Below are positions 22,199 to 31,296 of a DNA stretch of 64,000 nt, piece by piece (position 1 is the stretch's first letter; each line of letters starts with the position of its first letter). The stretch is from Micavibrio sp. UBA2400 (GTDB lineage: Bacteria; Pseudomonadota; Alphaproteobacteria; UBA2400). Below the pieces are notes generated by a model. That model was not told the DNA's origin. It worked only from the letters and a program-made list of their open reading frames with translations, and did not search any database. Position numbers and translations under genes: made by a program. The stretch covers positions 5,614 through 69,613 of the forward strand of contig DDSC01000031.1 in assembly GCA_002343265.1 (NCBI GenBank), given 5' to 3'.

Positions 22199-23269
22199 AT
22201 GACCACGCCACCCGATCTGCGTCATCTGCTTGAAGACTTGCTGCGTGTCGGTCTGCAAACGTCGCCGGGCATGGCTAACCGCATGGTTGACCAGTTGCAG
22301 GTCGAGTACATCACCAACCCCTATGGGCGACAGCCGCCGCATGTTCTGGTGTTTCCCGATGGCCGTGTTGAGCGGATGACGCCGTTTCAGGTTCCCGTTC
22401 CGGGGTACGCCGCCAACGTGGTTGCGATCGAGCTTCTGGGCTATCCCGGCCAACCGCCTACCGCCGTTCAGCTGCAGGCGCTCGCCAGCTTTGGTGCACA
22501 AGCGCGGCAAATTCTGGCTGGGCGGGTGGGTTTTACAGGGAACCCCGATCTTGTCGCGGCCTGTATGTCGGCGACAGCTTCGGCTAGTCCCGGCTTCATG
22601 CAGTCGGCTGGTCTGGCCGTGGCACCTCAAGCCGTGCCATTAAAGACAGTTGAGCCGGGGAAGGTGCATGATCTGTTCGATATTCTTGGTACGCCACCGG
22701 AGCGGCGCACCCCCCTGCCGCCGGGCAGTATTTTTAACAGCGTCAATAACCTGAAATCGGGTGGCGTGAGCATGCGCCAACTGTTCAAGTCGCCCGGCGC
22801 GCGGGATGTGCGTAGTCTGGTGATCGTACCTTCGCACGACGCCCATAAGCCCGAGCCAGCGGATGACAGCGCCTACAGCCTTGAAGCGCTACGGCAGGCC
22901 GATCAAGGGCTGGGGATGAGCGATTTTCGCGGTCACTATCTGGTGGCCAAAGATGGTAGCCTGATTGAGGGGCGCGATCTGGGTGTAGTGGGCAATTGCT
23001 GGCCGGGCAAGAATGACGGCGCGATCCAAATTGTGGTCGCGGGTAACGGCAAAAATCCCACCCGTGCCCAGCGCGAAACCCTCTATCTCTATGCCGCCTC
23101 TATGCGTAAGGCCTATGAGCGTCCGCAGATGGCTTATGTGCGCGATGTGGCCTTTGCCGACGGCCTGCTGGGCATCGACCCCAACGGGGTGATGAAGGAT
23201 GATTTGGCCAATGCACGCCTGATCGAGGCTGACAGTCCGCCTGTTAAAGGCCAGCGCGCGACGGGTTGA
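22199..23269 (+). CDS. Protein with two Amidase_2 (PGRP/N-acetylmuramoyl-L-alanine amidase)-like segments
   Basis: ORF 22178..23269 (TTG); the first ATG is at 22199. NVVAIELLGYPGQPPTAVQLQALASFG and GHYLVAKDGSLIEGRDLGVVGNCWPGKNDGAIQIVVAGNGKNPTRAQRETL follow the amidase_2 pattern. No signal peptide and a weak SD. Confidence 0.45.
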   Translation: MTTPPDLRHLLEDLLRVGLQTSPGMANRMVDQLQVEYITNPYGRQPPHVLVFPDGRVERMTPFQVPVPGYAANVVAIELLGYPGQPPTAVQLQALASFGAQARQILAGRVGFTGNPDLVAACMSATASASPGFMQSAGLAVAPQAVPLKTVEPGKVHDLFDILGTPPERRTPLPPGSIFNSVNNLKSGGVSMRQLFKSPGARDVRSLVIVPSHDAHKPEPADDSAYSLEALRQADQGLGMSDFRGHYLVAKDGSLIEGRDLGVVGNCWPGKNDGAIQIVVAGNGKNPTRAQRETLYLYAASMRKAYERPQMAYVRDVAFADGLLGIDPNGVMKDDLANARLIEADSPPVKGQRATG

Positions 23270-23296
23270 GGTAATATAATACCACAATAATTAACC

Positions 23297-23326
23297 TTGA
23301 CGATCTCGCTGCCAAACGCGTATAAC
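23297..23326 (+). promoter_or_regulatory. Candidate sigma70-type promoter of rplM-rpsI
   Basis: TTGACG (23297-23302), an 18-nt spacer, then TATAAC (23321-23326), about 37 nt upstream of the rplM ATG. Confidence 0.4.
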
Positions 23327-23362
23327 CCGCACACGTTTGGTTCAACTTTTTTGGGATCTGCC

Positions 23363-23833
23363 ATGAAAACCGTTCATCTGAAAGCGGGCGAGATCAAGAA
23401 GGAGTGGCTGCTGATTGATGCGCAGGATGTAATCCTGGGCCGTCTGGCGTCCACCATTGCTCTGCTGCTCAAGGGTAAGCACAAGCCTACCTATACCCCC
23501 AATCTTGACTGCGGTGACAACGTCATCGTCATCAATGCCGCCAAAGTGGCCCTGACCGGCAAGAAGGCCGAGCAGAGCGTGTGGCACTACCACACCGGCT
23601 ATCCGGGTGGGATCAAGGAACGCACCAAGGGTACCCTGCGCGCCCGCAAGGATGGCAAGCTGGTTGAACTGGCCGTACAGCGCATGCTGGACCGCGAGCC
23701 ACTGGGCCGCCAGATTCTGGGCAACTTGCGCGTTTATCCGGGTGCCGAACATCCGCATGCGGCACAGAACCCCAAGACCTTTGATTTTGCGAGCAAGAAC
23801 CGCAAGAACAAGCTGACCAAGAGGAGTGCCTAA
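23363..23833 (+). CDS. rplM: 50S ribosomal protein L13
   Basis: ORF 23297..23833 trimmed to the ATG at 23363 ([27 protein letters not shown]). Confidence 0.95.
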   Translation: MKTVHLKAGEIKKEWLLIDAQDVILGRLASTIALLLKGKHKPTYTPNLDCGDNVIVINAAKVALTGKKAEQSVWHYHTGYPGGIKERTKGTLRARKDGKLVELAVQRMLDREPLGRQILGNLRVYPGAEHPHAAQNPKTFDFASKNRKNKLTKRSA

Positions 23834-23836
23834 GCC

Positions 23837-24481
23837 ATGGCCGACAAGAAAGACAAGACCGAGAAGGTTGAAAAGACCGTAGAGGTCGAGAAGAAGAAGC
23901 CCAGCCGCGCCAAGAAGGCCGAGGCAGCTCCGGCGGCTGAGGAAGCTGCTGCGCCTGAGGCCAAGAAGGCGGCTCCCCGCCGCGCTGGTAAGGTGACCGG
24001 TATTGCCGACGTCTCTGCCGCTCTCAAGAGCAGCAAGGCCGAGCAGGACAATGCCGCTCCCACCGTTCAGGGCCAGAAGTCGCATATCGATGCGCAGGGC
24101 CGTGCTTATGCCACGGGCCGACGCAAGGATGCTACTGCCCGTGTTTGGCTCAAGCGTGGCTCAGGCCGCATCATCATCAATGGCCGCCCGCAGGAAGTGT
24201 ACTTCGCGCGCCCGGTGCTGCGTATGATTATCAGCCAGCCCTTCGCCGTGGCCAGCCGTCTGGGTCAGTACGACCTGATGGTAACGGTTGCCGGTGGTGG
24301 TCTGTCCGGTCAGGCGGGCGCGGTGCGCCACGGTCTGTCCCGTGCGCTGACCTACATGGAGCCGGAGCTGCGTGGTGTGCTCAAGAAGATGGGCTTCCTC
24401 ACCCGTGACAGCCGTGTGGTTGAACGTAAGAAGTATGGTCAGCCCAAGGCTCGCCGTCGCTTCCAGTTCAGCAAGCGCTAA
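23837..24481 (+). CDS. rpsI: 30S ribosomal protein S9 with long Lys/Ala/Glu-rich N-terminal extension
   Basis: Core [15 protein letters not shown] .. [19 protein letters not shown] .. [11 protein letters not shown]. About 90 residues precede the GRRK motif. Confidence 0.93.
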   Translation: MADKKDKTEKVEKTVEVEKKKPSRAKKAEAAPAAEEAAAPEAKKAAPRRAGKVTGIADVSAALKSSKAEQDNAAPTVQGQKSHIDAQGRAYATGRRKDATARVWLKRGSGRIIINGRPQEVYFARPVLRMIISQPFAVASRLGQYDLMVTVAGGGLSGQAGAVRHGLSRALTYMEPELRGVLKKMGFLTRDSRVVERKKYGQPKARRRFQFSKR

Positions 24482-24502
24482 GCGAAGCGTCTATCAAACA
24501 AT

Positions 24503-24533
24503 GCGGGCGGTCCTTGCGGGCCGCCCGTTTTGC
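24503..24533 (+). terminator. Intrinsic terminator after rpsI
   Basis: GCGGGCGG..CCGCCCG stem followed by TTTTGC, about 20 nt after the rpsI stop. Confidence 0.6.
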
Positions 24534-24599
24534 TTTGTGCAGTGGTGCGGCTGGGTTCCCGCTTGCCGCGTGCACAGCCGAGTGCTTATAACTTCAGCT

Positions 24600-25109
24600 A
24601 TGGCCTTCATCATTCCGTACCGCGGCATTTTTCCAGTTATTTCACCCACAGCCTTTGTCGCCGACAACGCCGTGATTATCGGCGATGTCCAGATTGGCGC
24701 GCATAGCAGCATTTGGTTCGGCTGCGTTTTGCGCGGTGATGTCAACGTCATCCGCATTGGTGAGCGCAGTAACATACAGGATGGTACTGTTATCCATGTC
24801 TCAACCGGCGGGCAGGGCACGCATGTGGGGAGCGGTGTGACAGTGGGGCATATGGCGCTGCTGCATGATTGCACCGTGCAGGATAACGGTTTTGTTGGCA
24901 TGAAAGCCTGTGTGCTCGATAAAGCCTGTATCGAAAGCGGCGCCATGCTGGCAGCGGGTGGCTTGCTGACGAGCGGCAAACGCATTCCGACGGGCGAATT
25001 ATGGGCAGGTAACCCCGCCAAGCTCTTGCGGGCACTGACCGACAAAGATCAGGATATGATCGCGCAATCGGCCATCCGCTATTGCGCACTGGCGCAGCAG
25101 TATATTTAG
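24600..25109 (+). CDS. Gamma-carbonic-anhydrase-like hexapeptide-repeat protein
   Basis: ORF 24372..25109 trimmed to the ATG at 24600 (MAFIIPYRGIFPVISPTAFVADNAVIIGDV). Left-handed beta-helix repeats and the GNPAK motif. The upstream part overlaps rpsI and its terminator. Confidence 0.85.
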   Translation: MAFIIPYRGIFPVISPTAFVADNAVIIGDVQIGAHSSIWFGCVLRGDVNVIRIGERSNIQDGTVIHVSTGGQGTHVGSGVTVGHMALLHDCTVQDNGFVGMKACVLDKACIESGAMLAAGGLLTSGKRIPTGELWAGNPAKLLRALTDKDQDMIAQSAIRYCALAQQYI

Positions 25110-27094
25110 ACTGCTCTCACTTTCACATAGCGCCCCGGTGCGGGTTCGATACTCTTTCCAATGGCACGAGCCGGAACAGTACCGCCATCATGCTGGTGCA
25201 ACCATTTACGCCAGGTGGGCCACCAGCTACCTTCGGTTTCGTGCGCGTTGTCCAGCCAGTTGTGCGGCATCGGTGGTAATTTGGCATTTTCCCAGTGTTG
25301 GTATTTCTTGGCGGCGGGTGGGTTGACCACACCCGCAATATGACCTGACCCCGCCAGCACAAATTTGACCGGGCCCTTGTACAGTTGTGTCGCGGCGTAG
25401 GTTGCTGCCCAAGGCGCGATATGATCTTCCCGCGTGGAGAGGATAAAGGTGGGGGTGTCAATGGTGCGCAAGTCAATCTTTACACCGTCCAGCGTCATGC
25501 CACCCGGTTTAACCAGATTATTTTTCTGATACATCTCGCGCAGATAAAAACGGTGCATGGTGGCGGGCATGCGCGTACTGTCGCTGTTCCAATACAGCAG
25601 ATCAAACGGGAAAGGTTCCTTGCCGAGCAGATAATTGTTCACCACAAACGACCAGATCAGGTCATTGGCGCGCAGCAGGTTGAACGTGGTGGACATCTGC
25701 CGTGCGTCCAGAAACCCAGTTTGCGCCATGCTGTGTTCCAGCGCATCGAGCTGTTCATCATCAATGAAGATGCTCAGGTCGCCCGCCTCATGGAAATCAA
25801 CCATGGTGGTGAAGTAGGTGGCGCTGGTAATGTTCTTGTAGGCTTTGGGCTCTTTCTGTTTCATCCAGGCTAGCGTTGCCGCTAGTAAGGTGCCACCCAG
25901 ACAATAACCAATCACATTCAGGTCCGGTTCGCCGGTAATTTTTGCAACCGCCTTTTGTGCAGCCAGAATGCCAAGCTTCATATAGTCAGCAAATCCCAGC
26001 TTGGCGAGTTTAGCATCCGGATTGACCCACGAGATGCAGAAGACAGTCAGCCCCTGATCGACAGCCCATTTGATGAACGAGTTATCCGGCTTCAGATCAA
26101 GAATATAGTATTTATTGATCCACGGCGGGACGATGAGAAGCGGACACCGCGCAACCTGTTTGGTGGTCGGTGTGTACTGGATCAGTTGCATCAGCTCGTT
26201 CTGGTACACCACTGCGCCGGGGGTCGTGGCGAGGTTTTTGCCAACCGCAAACGCATTTTCGTCGGTCATGCGGATGCGCCCCTGATCGAGGTCGCTGAGC
26301 AGATTGCGCAGGCCCTTGAGCAGGTTATCGCCCCCAGTTTCAAGTGTCGCCCGCAGTACCTGCGGATTGGTCAGGGCGAAATTGCTGGGCGACAGGGCAT
26401 CGGCGAACTGGCGGATATAGAATTCCAGCTTGCGGCGGTGCTTGGTATCGAGGCCGTCAAGCTTGTCGACCTGCTGCAGCAGCCAGCGCGACGAGAGCAG
26501 GTAGGACTCTTTGATATAATCAAAGACCGGATTGTCATGCCAGGCGGGGTCCTTGAATCGCTTATCATGGGCGGGAGCGTGGACAACGTGGTGGGATTTA
26601 CCGCCCATCAAGCGCAAGGTGCTATGCTGCCAAAGGTAGAGGTATTGCCGCCACAAATCGGCCTGCGCTTCCATGAACTTGACCGGATTGGTCGCCATAC
26701 GGCTGGTCAGCTCCAAAAAGGTCTGCAGCACGGAGCCGGGCAGATGTGACGTACCCGGAAGGAGGATATTATTCTTAAGGGCAAAGTCGCCGAGCAGCTT
26801 CTGACTACTGGAGCCAATCTCGGCCCAGCGCTTGGCCCAAGCAGCCGGATCGCCGCTTTCCGCCCGGAACGGCTCGTGCGTAACCGACTCCGTGCGAGTG
26901 GTGGGCGGTGGCTTGGTGGTGTTAACTTTTGCTTTGGCCGGGTTAGATTTGGGGACGGGAGATTTAGCTTTTGGTTGTACGGCAGCGCGCTGTCGCGGCT
27001 CCGCCGGGCGCGGGCCAAAAAGAATCGCTAGTTGCTCGGCCGAAAGCTTGCCTTGGCCAGCTTTTCTCTTGTCGCCCTTGGGCTTATCGGCCAT
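25106..27094 (-). CDS. phaC: Class I poly(3-hydroxyalkanoate) synthase
   Basis: 662 aa with the lipase-box GYCLGGT and conserved PPWINKYYILDL and RMPATMH-type segments. The basic/Pro-rich N-terminal extension is about 80 aa. Confidence 0.92.
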   Translation of the reverse strand: MADKPKGDKRKAGQGKLSAEQLAILFGPRPAEPRQRAAVQPKAKSPVPKSNPAKAKVNTTKPPPTTRTESVTHEPFRAESGDPAAWAKRWAEIGSSSQKLLGDFALKNNILLPGTSHLPGSVLQTFLELTSRMATNPVKFMEAQADLWRQYLYLWQHSTLRLMGGKSHHVVHAPAHDKRFKDPAWHDNPVFDYIKESYLLSSRWLLQQVDKLDGLDTKHRRKLEFYIRQFADALSPSNFALTNPQVLRATLETGGDNLLKGLRNLLSDLDQGRIRMTDENAFAVGKNLATTPGAVVYQNELMQLIQYTPTTKQVARCPLLIVPPWINKYYILDLKPDNSFIKWAVDQGLTVFCISWVNPDAKLAKLGFADYMKLGILAAQKAVAKITGEPDLNVIGYCLGGTLLAATLAWMKQKEPKAYKNITSATYFTTMVDFHEAGDLSIFIDDEQLDALEHSMAQTGFLDARQMSTTFNLLRANDLIWSFVVNNYLLGKEPFPFDLLYWNSDSTRMPATMHRFYLREMYQKNNLVKPGGMTLDGVKIDLRTIDTPTFILSTREDHIAPWAATYAATQLYKGPVKFVLAGSGHIAGVVNPPAAKKYQHWENAKLPPMPHNWLDNAHETEGSWWPTWRKWLHQHDGGTVPARAIGKSIEPAPGRYVKVRAV

Positions 27095-27126
27095 GGTGCT
27101 ATCTCTGGGTCCCGAGGATTACGCTC

Positions 27127-27525
27127 ATGCAATTATTAACGCATTCCGGCCGAATCGCCAATCTGCTGCTTTTACTTTCCTTAACGGTGACGACTGGCTG
27201 TACCGTCGGCCCTTGGGAGGCTGAGTTCTGGCAGCCACCTCCGGCGTCCGGCGTGGTACCGATCGAAGGCGGGAAAAGCTATCCAATTTCGCGTGCCGCC
27301 GGATTAGATTCAGGCTGGCCCAATTTGGCAGACGTTCCAGAGCGGCAGGAGCCGCCGTTAACGCCAGAGCATGCTCAGGCCGAGCTGGAGGCCCTATCGG
27401 CCGACCGCTCAGCCGCGTCAACCGCTGGTAATAGGCAAGCCGAGCGTGGCCCGGTTTCAACAGCCCCCACCATTCCCAGCCAGACACCGAGTCCGCCAGA
27501 AGAAATTACCTTGTCTGTACCGTAA
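27127..27525 (+). CDS. Putative lipoprotein
   Basis: ORF 26971..27525 trimmed to the ATG at 27127. Lipobox-like LSLTVTTGC and a Pro/Ser/Thr-rich tail. Confidence 0.5.
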   Translation: MQLLTHSGRIANLLLLLSLTVTTGCTVGPWEAEFWQPPPASGVVPIEGGKSYPISRAAGLDSGWPNLADVPERQEPPLTPEHAQAELEALSADRSAASTAGNRQAERGPVSTAPTIPSQTPSPPEEITLSVP

Positions 27526-27621
27526 GGTTAATTCACCCTCTTAACCAATAAAAAGGTTTGAGTTTGGTTTGGCCAATTTGCTAGCTTGCGGCCAAGCACA
27601 GATCAGGGATGAGGAGAGGGT

Positions 27622-28134
27622 ATGGCTGCAGTGATTCCCGCATCGGCATTTCGGCAGGTGGCCTGCTGGATGTTTGAATGCGCTCCAAAACTTCCGGATG
27701 TGACGGATGAGTGGACCCGGCGGATTGAACGGCTGCATGATCTTGGTCTGGCAATTCTCATTGATGGCACCCTGAAGCAGAATACCCTTGATGAGCAGGG
27801 GCACGGGAGTTGTGTCTGGACCCTGCCAGCGCCTGATAGCAGTCAGCTATGTTTGCACTTTACGGCTGCGGTACCGCCCGAAAAAGGTGAAGTCCAGAGC
27901 TGCCAGATTGTACTGGTCCGACCGCAACCGGCTGCGACGGCTCTCAGTCTCTTCAAGTTAACCCAGCATCAGCGCCCCAACACTACACATTGCTACGACC
28001 TGCTGGAAACCCACGGCCTGACAGCGGAGGCACTCAATCTGGCCGATCGGATGCACGCCATGCTTTGGGCCGAGCCGGGCCGTACACAGCTTGCCGAGCG
28101 TACGCGCCAGCTCAAACATCAGCTTGATTTCTAG
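27622..28134 (+). CDS. Hypothetical protein
   Basis: 170 aa with a strong SD (gaggagaggg) before the ATG. I recognise no motif. Confidence 0.5.
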   Translation: MAAVIPASAFRQVACWMFECAPKLPDVTDEWTRRIERLHDLGLAILIDGTLKQNTLDEQGHGSCVWTLPAPDSSQLCLHFTAAVPPEKGEVQSCQIVLVRPQPAATALSLFKLTQHQRPNTTHCYDLLETHGLTAEALNLADRMHAMLWAEPGRTQLAERTRQLKHQLDF

Positions 28135-28197
28135 CCTTTTATTATCCGGACATTTCAAGCCATTGCCGAAAGGCCGTTGATCTGGCAGGAGCTAGAT

Positions 28198-29259
28198 ATG
28201 GAGCCTCTTCGTATCGGATTAGCCGGATTGGGAACAGTGGGCAGCGGTGTGGCCCGTCTGCTCTCGACCCAGCAGGATGTTATTGCCGCCCGCTGTGGTC
28301 GTCCGGTTGTCATTACGGCCGCGTGCGTTCGTAGTCCCTCAAAAGTCCGCAATCTCCCAGTGGGGCAGATTCAGCTGGTGACAGAGCCTCAGGCGCTACT
28401 GCATCAGCCGTCAGTCGATGTGGTGGTTGAAGTGATTGGCGGTGCCGAGGGGGCTGCGCGGGAACTGGTCGAATCTGCACTGAAGGCGGGTAAGCCTGTC
28501 ATAACCGCTAATAAGGCCTTGCTGGCCAAACATGGATTGGCTTTGGCGCGTTTGGCTGAAGGTCACCGGAGCGTGCTGTTTTGGGAAGCTGCGGTAGCGG
28601 GTGGATTGCCGATCATTAAGCTGATACGCGAAGGACTGGCGGCTAACCGGATTCTTCGTATTGACGCTATCCTTAACGGCACATGTAACTATGTTCTTAC
28701 AGCGATGGCGCAGCAAGGGCTTGAACTGACGGGAGCTCTTGCTGAGGCACAAGCGCATGGCTATGCCGAAGCTGACCCTGCTGCGGATCTTGATGGCGTG
28801 GACACCGCTCAGAAGCTCGCCCTGTTGGCTGCACTGGCATTCGGGGTGCCGCCGGATGTCTTGACCATCCCGACGACAGGGATCCGCGCCATCGCGCGTA
28901 CTGATATTCAGGCTGCTGCGGCACAGGGTCAGGTGATCAAGCTGCTGGCGCGGGCGCGACGGACTGAGGATGGACTGGACCTCCGGGTGCAGCCGTGCCG
29001 CGTACCGCTATCCTCTGCGCTTGGGCAGACACACGGCGTTAACAATGCGGTCCTGATCCAGGCTGATTGCGCTGGGCCTGTTTTTTGTCGTGGCGCTGGT
29101 GCTGGAGCCGAGCCGACAGCTTCAGCTGTGATTGCCGATATTATCGATTTTGCGCGGGGCAATCGCCCGGCAACATTTGGGGTGCCGTGGGCCGCGCTGC
29201 GGTCACCGCCGTTGCTGCCCGTGCCGGATGACAGGCTACCACTGGTGAATGATGTCTGA
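28198..29259 (+). CDS. hom: Homoserine dehydrogenase lacking the C-terminal ACT domain
   Basis: The ATG at 28198 is preceded by AGGAG. Motifs GLAGLGTVGSGV (NAD), ITANKALLA, ILNGTCNYVLT, GYAEADPAADLDGVDTAQKL. The protein ends about 30 aa after the catalytic domain. Confidence 0.85.
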   Translation: MEPLRIGLAGLGTVGSGVARLLSTQQDVIAARCGRPVVITAACVRSPSKVRNLPVGQIQLVTEPQALLHQPSVDVVVEVIGGAEGAARELVESALKAGKPVITANKALLAKHGLALARLAEGHRSVLFWEAAVAGGLPIIKLIREGLAANRILRIDAILNGTCNYVLTAMAQQGLELTGALAEAQAHGYAEADPAADLDGVDTAQKLALLAALAFGVPPDVLTIPTTGIRAIARTDIQAAAAQGQVIKLLARARRTEDGLDLRVQPCRVPLSSALGQTHGVNNAVLIQADCAGPVFCRGAGAGAEPTASAVIADIIDFARGNRPATFGVPWAALRSPPLLPVPDDRLPLVNDV

Positions 29260-31102
29260 GCCAACCGCTCATCCGGCGTTATTGGGGGTAACGCAGTCCC
29301 TGCTCGGGCGTGAGTGGCGACTGCGAGGCAGCGGTGCTGACCGTATCGTGTGCGGGTTGTCTCAACAATATGACCTGTCTGACCCTGTTGCGCGTATTCT
29401 TGCCGCGCGGGGCTATACGCAAGACAATACCGAGCGGTTTTTAAATATCAGCCTACGCGATCATTTGCCCGCCGAGCCGATCAAAGCGTTTAAGGACATG
29501 GATAAGGCGGTTGCCCGACTGCTTTGGGCGATCCGGCACGATGAGCCGATCGTTGTCTATGCCGACTATGATTGTGATGGCGCGACGTCCGGTGCACTGG
29601 TTCGGCTTTACCTACGCGCTCTCGGAATCCAGACCGTCAGCTATATTCCCGATCGTCTGCGCGATGGCTATGGCGGAGGGCGTACCTCGATCGATGAAGT
29701 CCGCGCCATGCTTGACAGCAGGGGAGCTGGTCCCGGCCGGGGACTGTGTATCATGCTGGACTGCAACTCACGCGCGTTTGATTTGCTTGCCTATGCCCAA
29801 CAGCGCGGGGTGACAGTTATCATCGGGGATCATCACAAAACAGAAGGAGAGTTGCCCCACGCTGAGGCGATTGTGAATCCCATGCGCTGGGATGATGACA
29901 GTGCATCGAATGTGCTGGTGAAGGACTTGGTTAGCGTGGGTATTGCCTTCATGATGATGGGCGCGCTGAATAGTGCGTTGCGGGACGAGGGGTATTTTAC
30001 GTCATCACGGCCTGCCCCGGATATGCGGGATTTTCTCGATCTGGTCGCGGTCGGCACCGTCGCTGATGTGGGGCGTTTGACCGGGTTGAACCGTACCCTG
30101 GTGGCGCGAGGTCTGGAAAAGCTGCAGGAGCGTAAAAATATCGGCCTTGCGACACTGCTACGCCTCAGTGGACTGGATATCAGTCAGCGCCCCACGGCCG
30201 AAGACATTGGGTTTCGCATCGGACCGCGTATTAATGCGGCGGGGCGGATTGATCGCACAGATCTAGGCATTACTCTGCTCTGCACACAGAGTGAGCTTGA
30301 AGCTCTGGAGTTGGCCGAACAGTTGGGCGCTATCAATCGCGCTCGCCAAGAGATCAATGAGCAGATGATGGCAGAGGCGCGCCATCAGGCGTTAGCGCAG
30401 ATGGAATCTGGTGCACCTGTACTTGTGGTGGCTAATCGCGCGTGGCATCCCGGTGTCGTGGGGATTGTGGCAGGCCGTCTGCGTGAGGAATTCTATCGGC
30501 CAGCTTTTGTCTTTGGTCGCAATCCCCATCTGGAGGAGCATCTGCTCACCGGCTCAGGTCGCTCGGTCGAAGGGATCGATCTTGGTGAGGCCGTTATTAG
30601 TGGGCAAATTCGTGGTCTATTTAAAGGTGGAGGGCACGCCATGGCCGCCGGAGCGACCGTTGACGGGCGCCAGCTGGATGATTTCAGGCGCTATCTGGCC
30701 GAAACCTTGGCGCGTGAAATTGACCGGTTGCCACCGCGCCCATTACTGCACTGTGATCTTGTGCTGGATGCCGGGGCCGTGACGCTTGACCTTGTCCGAC
30801 AACTGGATCGGTTGGAACCGTGCGGCAAGGATAATCCCGCGCCAATGCTTGGCTTGGCGGGAGTGCGCTTGAGCTATGTTCAGCCGATGGGGCAGCAGGG
30901 CCAGCACCTGCGCTGTGAATTCAGCAATGCGTCCGGCCATAAGGTTTCAGCGGTGGTATGGAACTGCATGGATAAGCCGCACGGTAAGGCTTTGCTCGAA
31001 GGGCGCGGTAGCCATTTCCACATCATGGGTGTTGTCAGCAAGAACAGCTTTAACGGCCGCGACAGCGCCCAATTCCGGGTTGAGGATGTTGCTGCGGCCT
31101 AG
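29249..31102 (+). CDS. recJ: Single-stranded-DNA-specific exonuclease RecJ
   Basis: DHH motifs DYDCDGATS and GDHH; DHHA1 GGGHAMAAG. 617 aa, overlapping the hom stop by 11 nt. Confidence 0.93.
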   Translation: MMSEPTAHPALLGVTQSLLGREWRLRGSGADRIVCGLSQQYDLSDPVARILAARGYTQDNTERFLNISLRDHLPAEPIKAFKDMDKAVARLLWAIRHDEPIVVYADYDCDGATSGALVRLYLRALGIQTVSYIPDRLRDGYGGGRTSIDEVRAMLDSRGAGPGRGLCIMLDCNSRAFDLLAYAQQRGVTVIIGDHHKTEGELPHAEAIVNPMRWDDDSASNVLVKDLVSVGIAFMMMGALNSALRDEGYFTSSRPAPDMRDFLDLVAVGTVADVGRLTGLNRTLVARGLEKLQERKNIGLATLLRLSGLDISQRPTAEDIGFRIGPRINAAGRIDRTDLGITLLCTQSELEALELAEQLGAINRARQEINEQMMAEARHQALAQMESGAPVLVVANRAWHPGVVGIVAGRLREEFYRPAFVFGRNPHLEEHLLTGSGRSVEGIDLGEAVISGQIRGLFKGGGHAMAAGATVDGRQLDDFRRYLAETLAREIDRLPPRPLLHCDLVLDAGAVTLDLVRQLDRLEPCGKDNPAPMLGLAGVRLSYVQPMGQQGQHLRCEFSNASGHKVSAVVWNCMDKPHGKALLEGRGSHFHIMGVVSKNSFNGRDSAQFRVEDVAAA

Positions 31103-31293
31103 GTCGTCTTCAACAGCCACAGGGCGATGACACCAAGCGCCATGATTGTTAGTCCGGCCATACGCAAGGTATCAGCGGACTGGCTGAGCGTCACGCTCAT
31201 CATGCGTTTCATTCTCTCGGGCATCGCGACATAAAGAAAACCCTCAAAGATCGCCATCAGTGCGAGCGCCCGCCAGAGATCGTCAAGAGTCAT
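31099..31293 (-). CDS. DUF2065-family small membrane protein
   Basis: 64 aa, two hydrophobic helices (ALALMAIFEGFLYVAMPERM..). This is the conserved position downstream of hflC. Confidence 0.6.
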   Translation of the reverse strand: MTLDDLWRALALMAIFEGFLYVAMPERMKRMMSVTLSQSADTLRMAGLTIMALGVIALWLLKTT

Positions 31294-31296
31294 GCG

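Noticed and set aside
25141-25153. tRNA T-arm-like GGGTTCGATAC.
   Set aside because: It sits in the coding region at the phaC 3' end. No acceptor or anticodon stems can be built around it.
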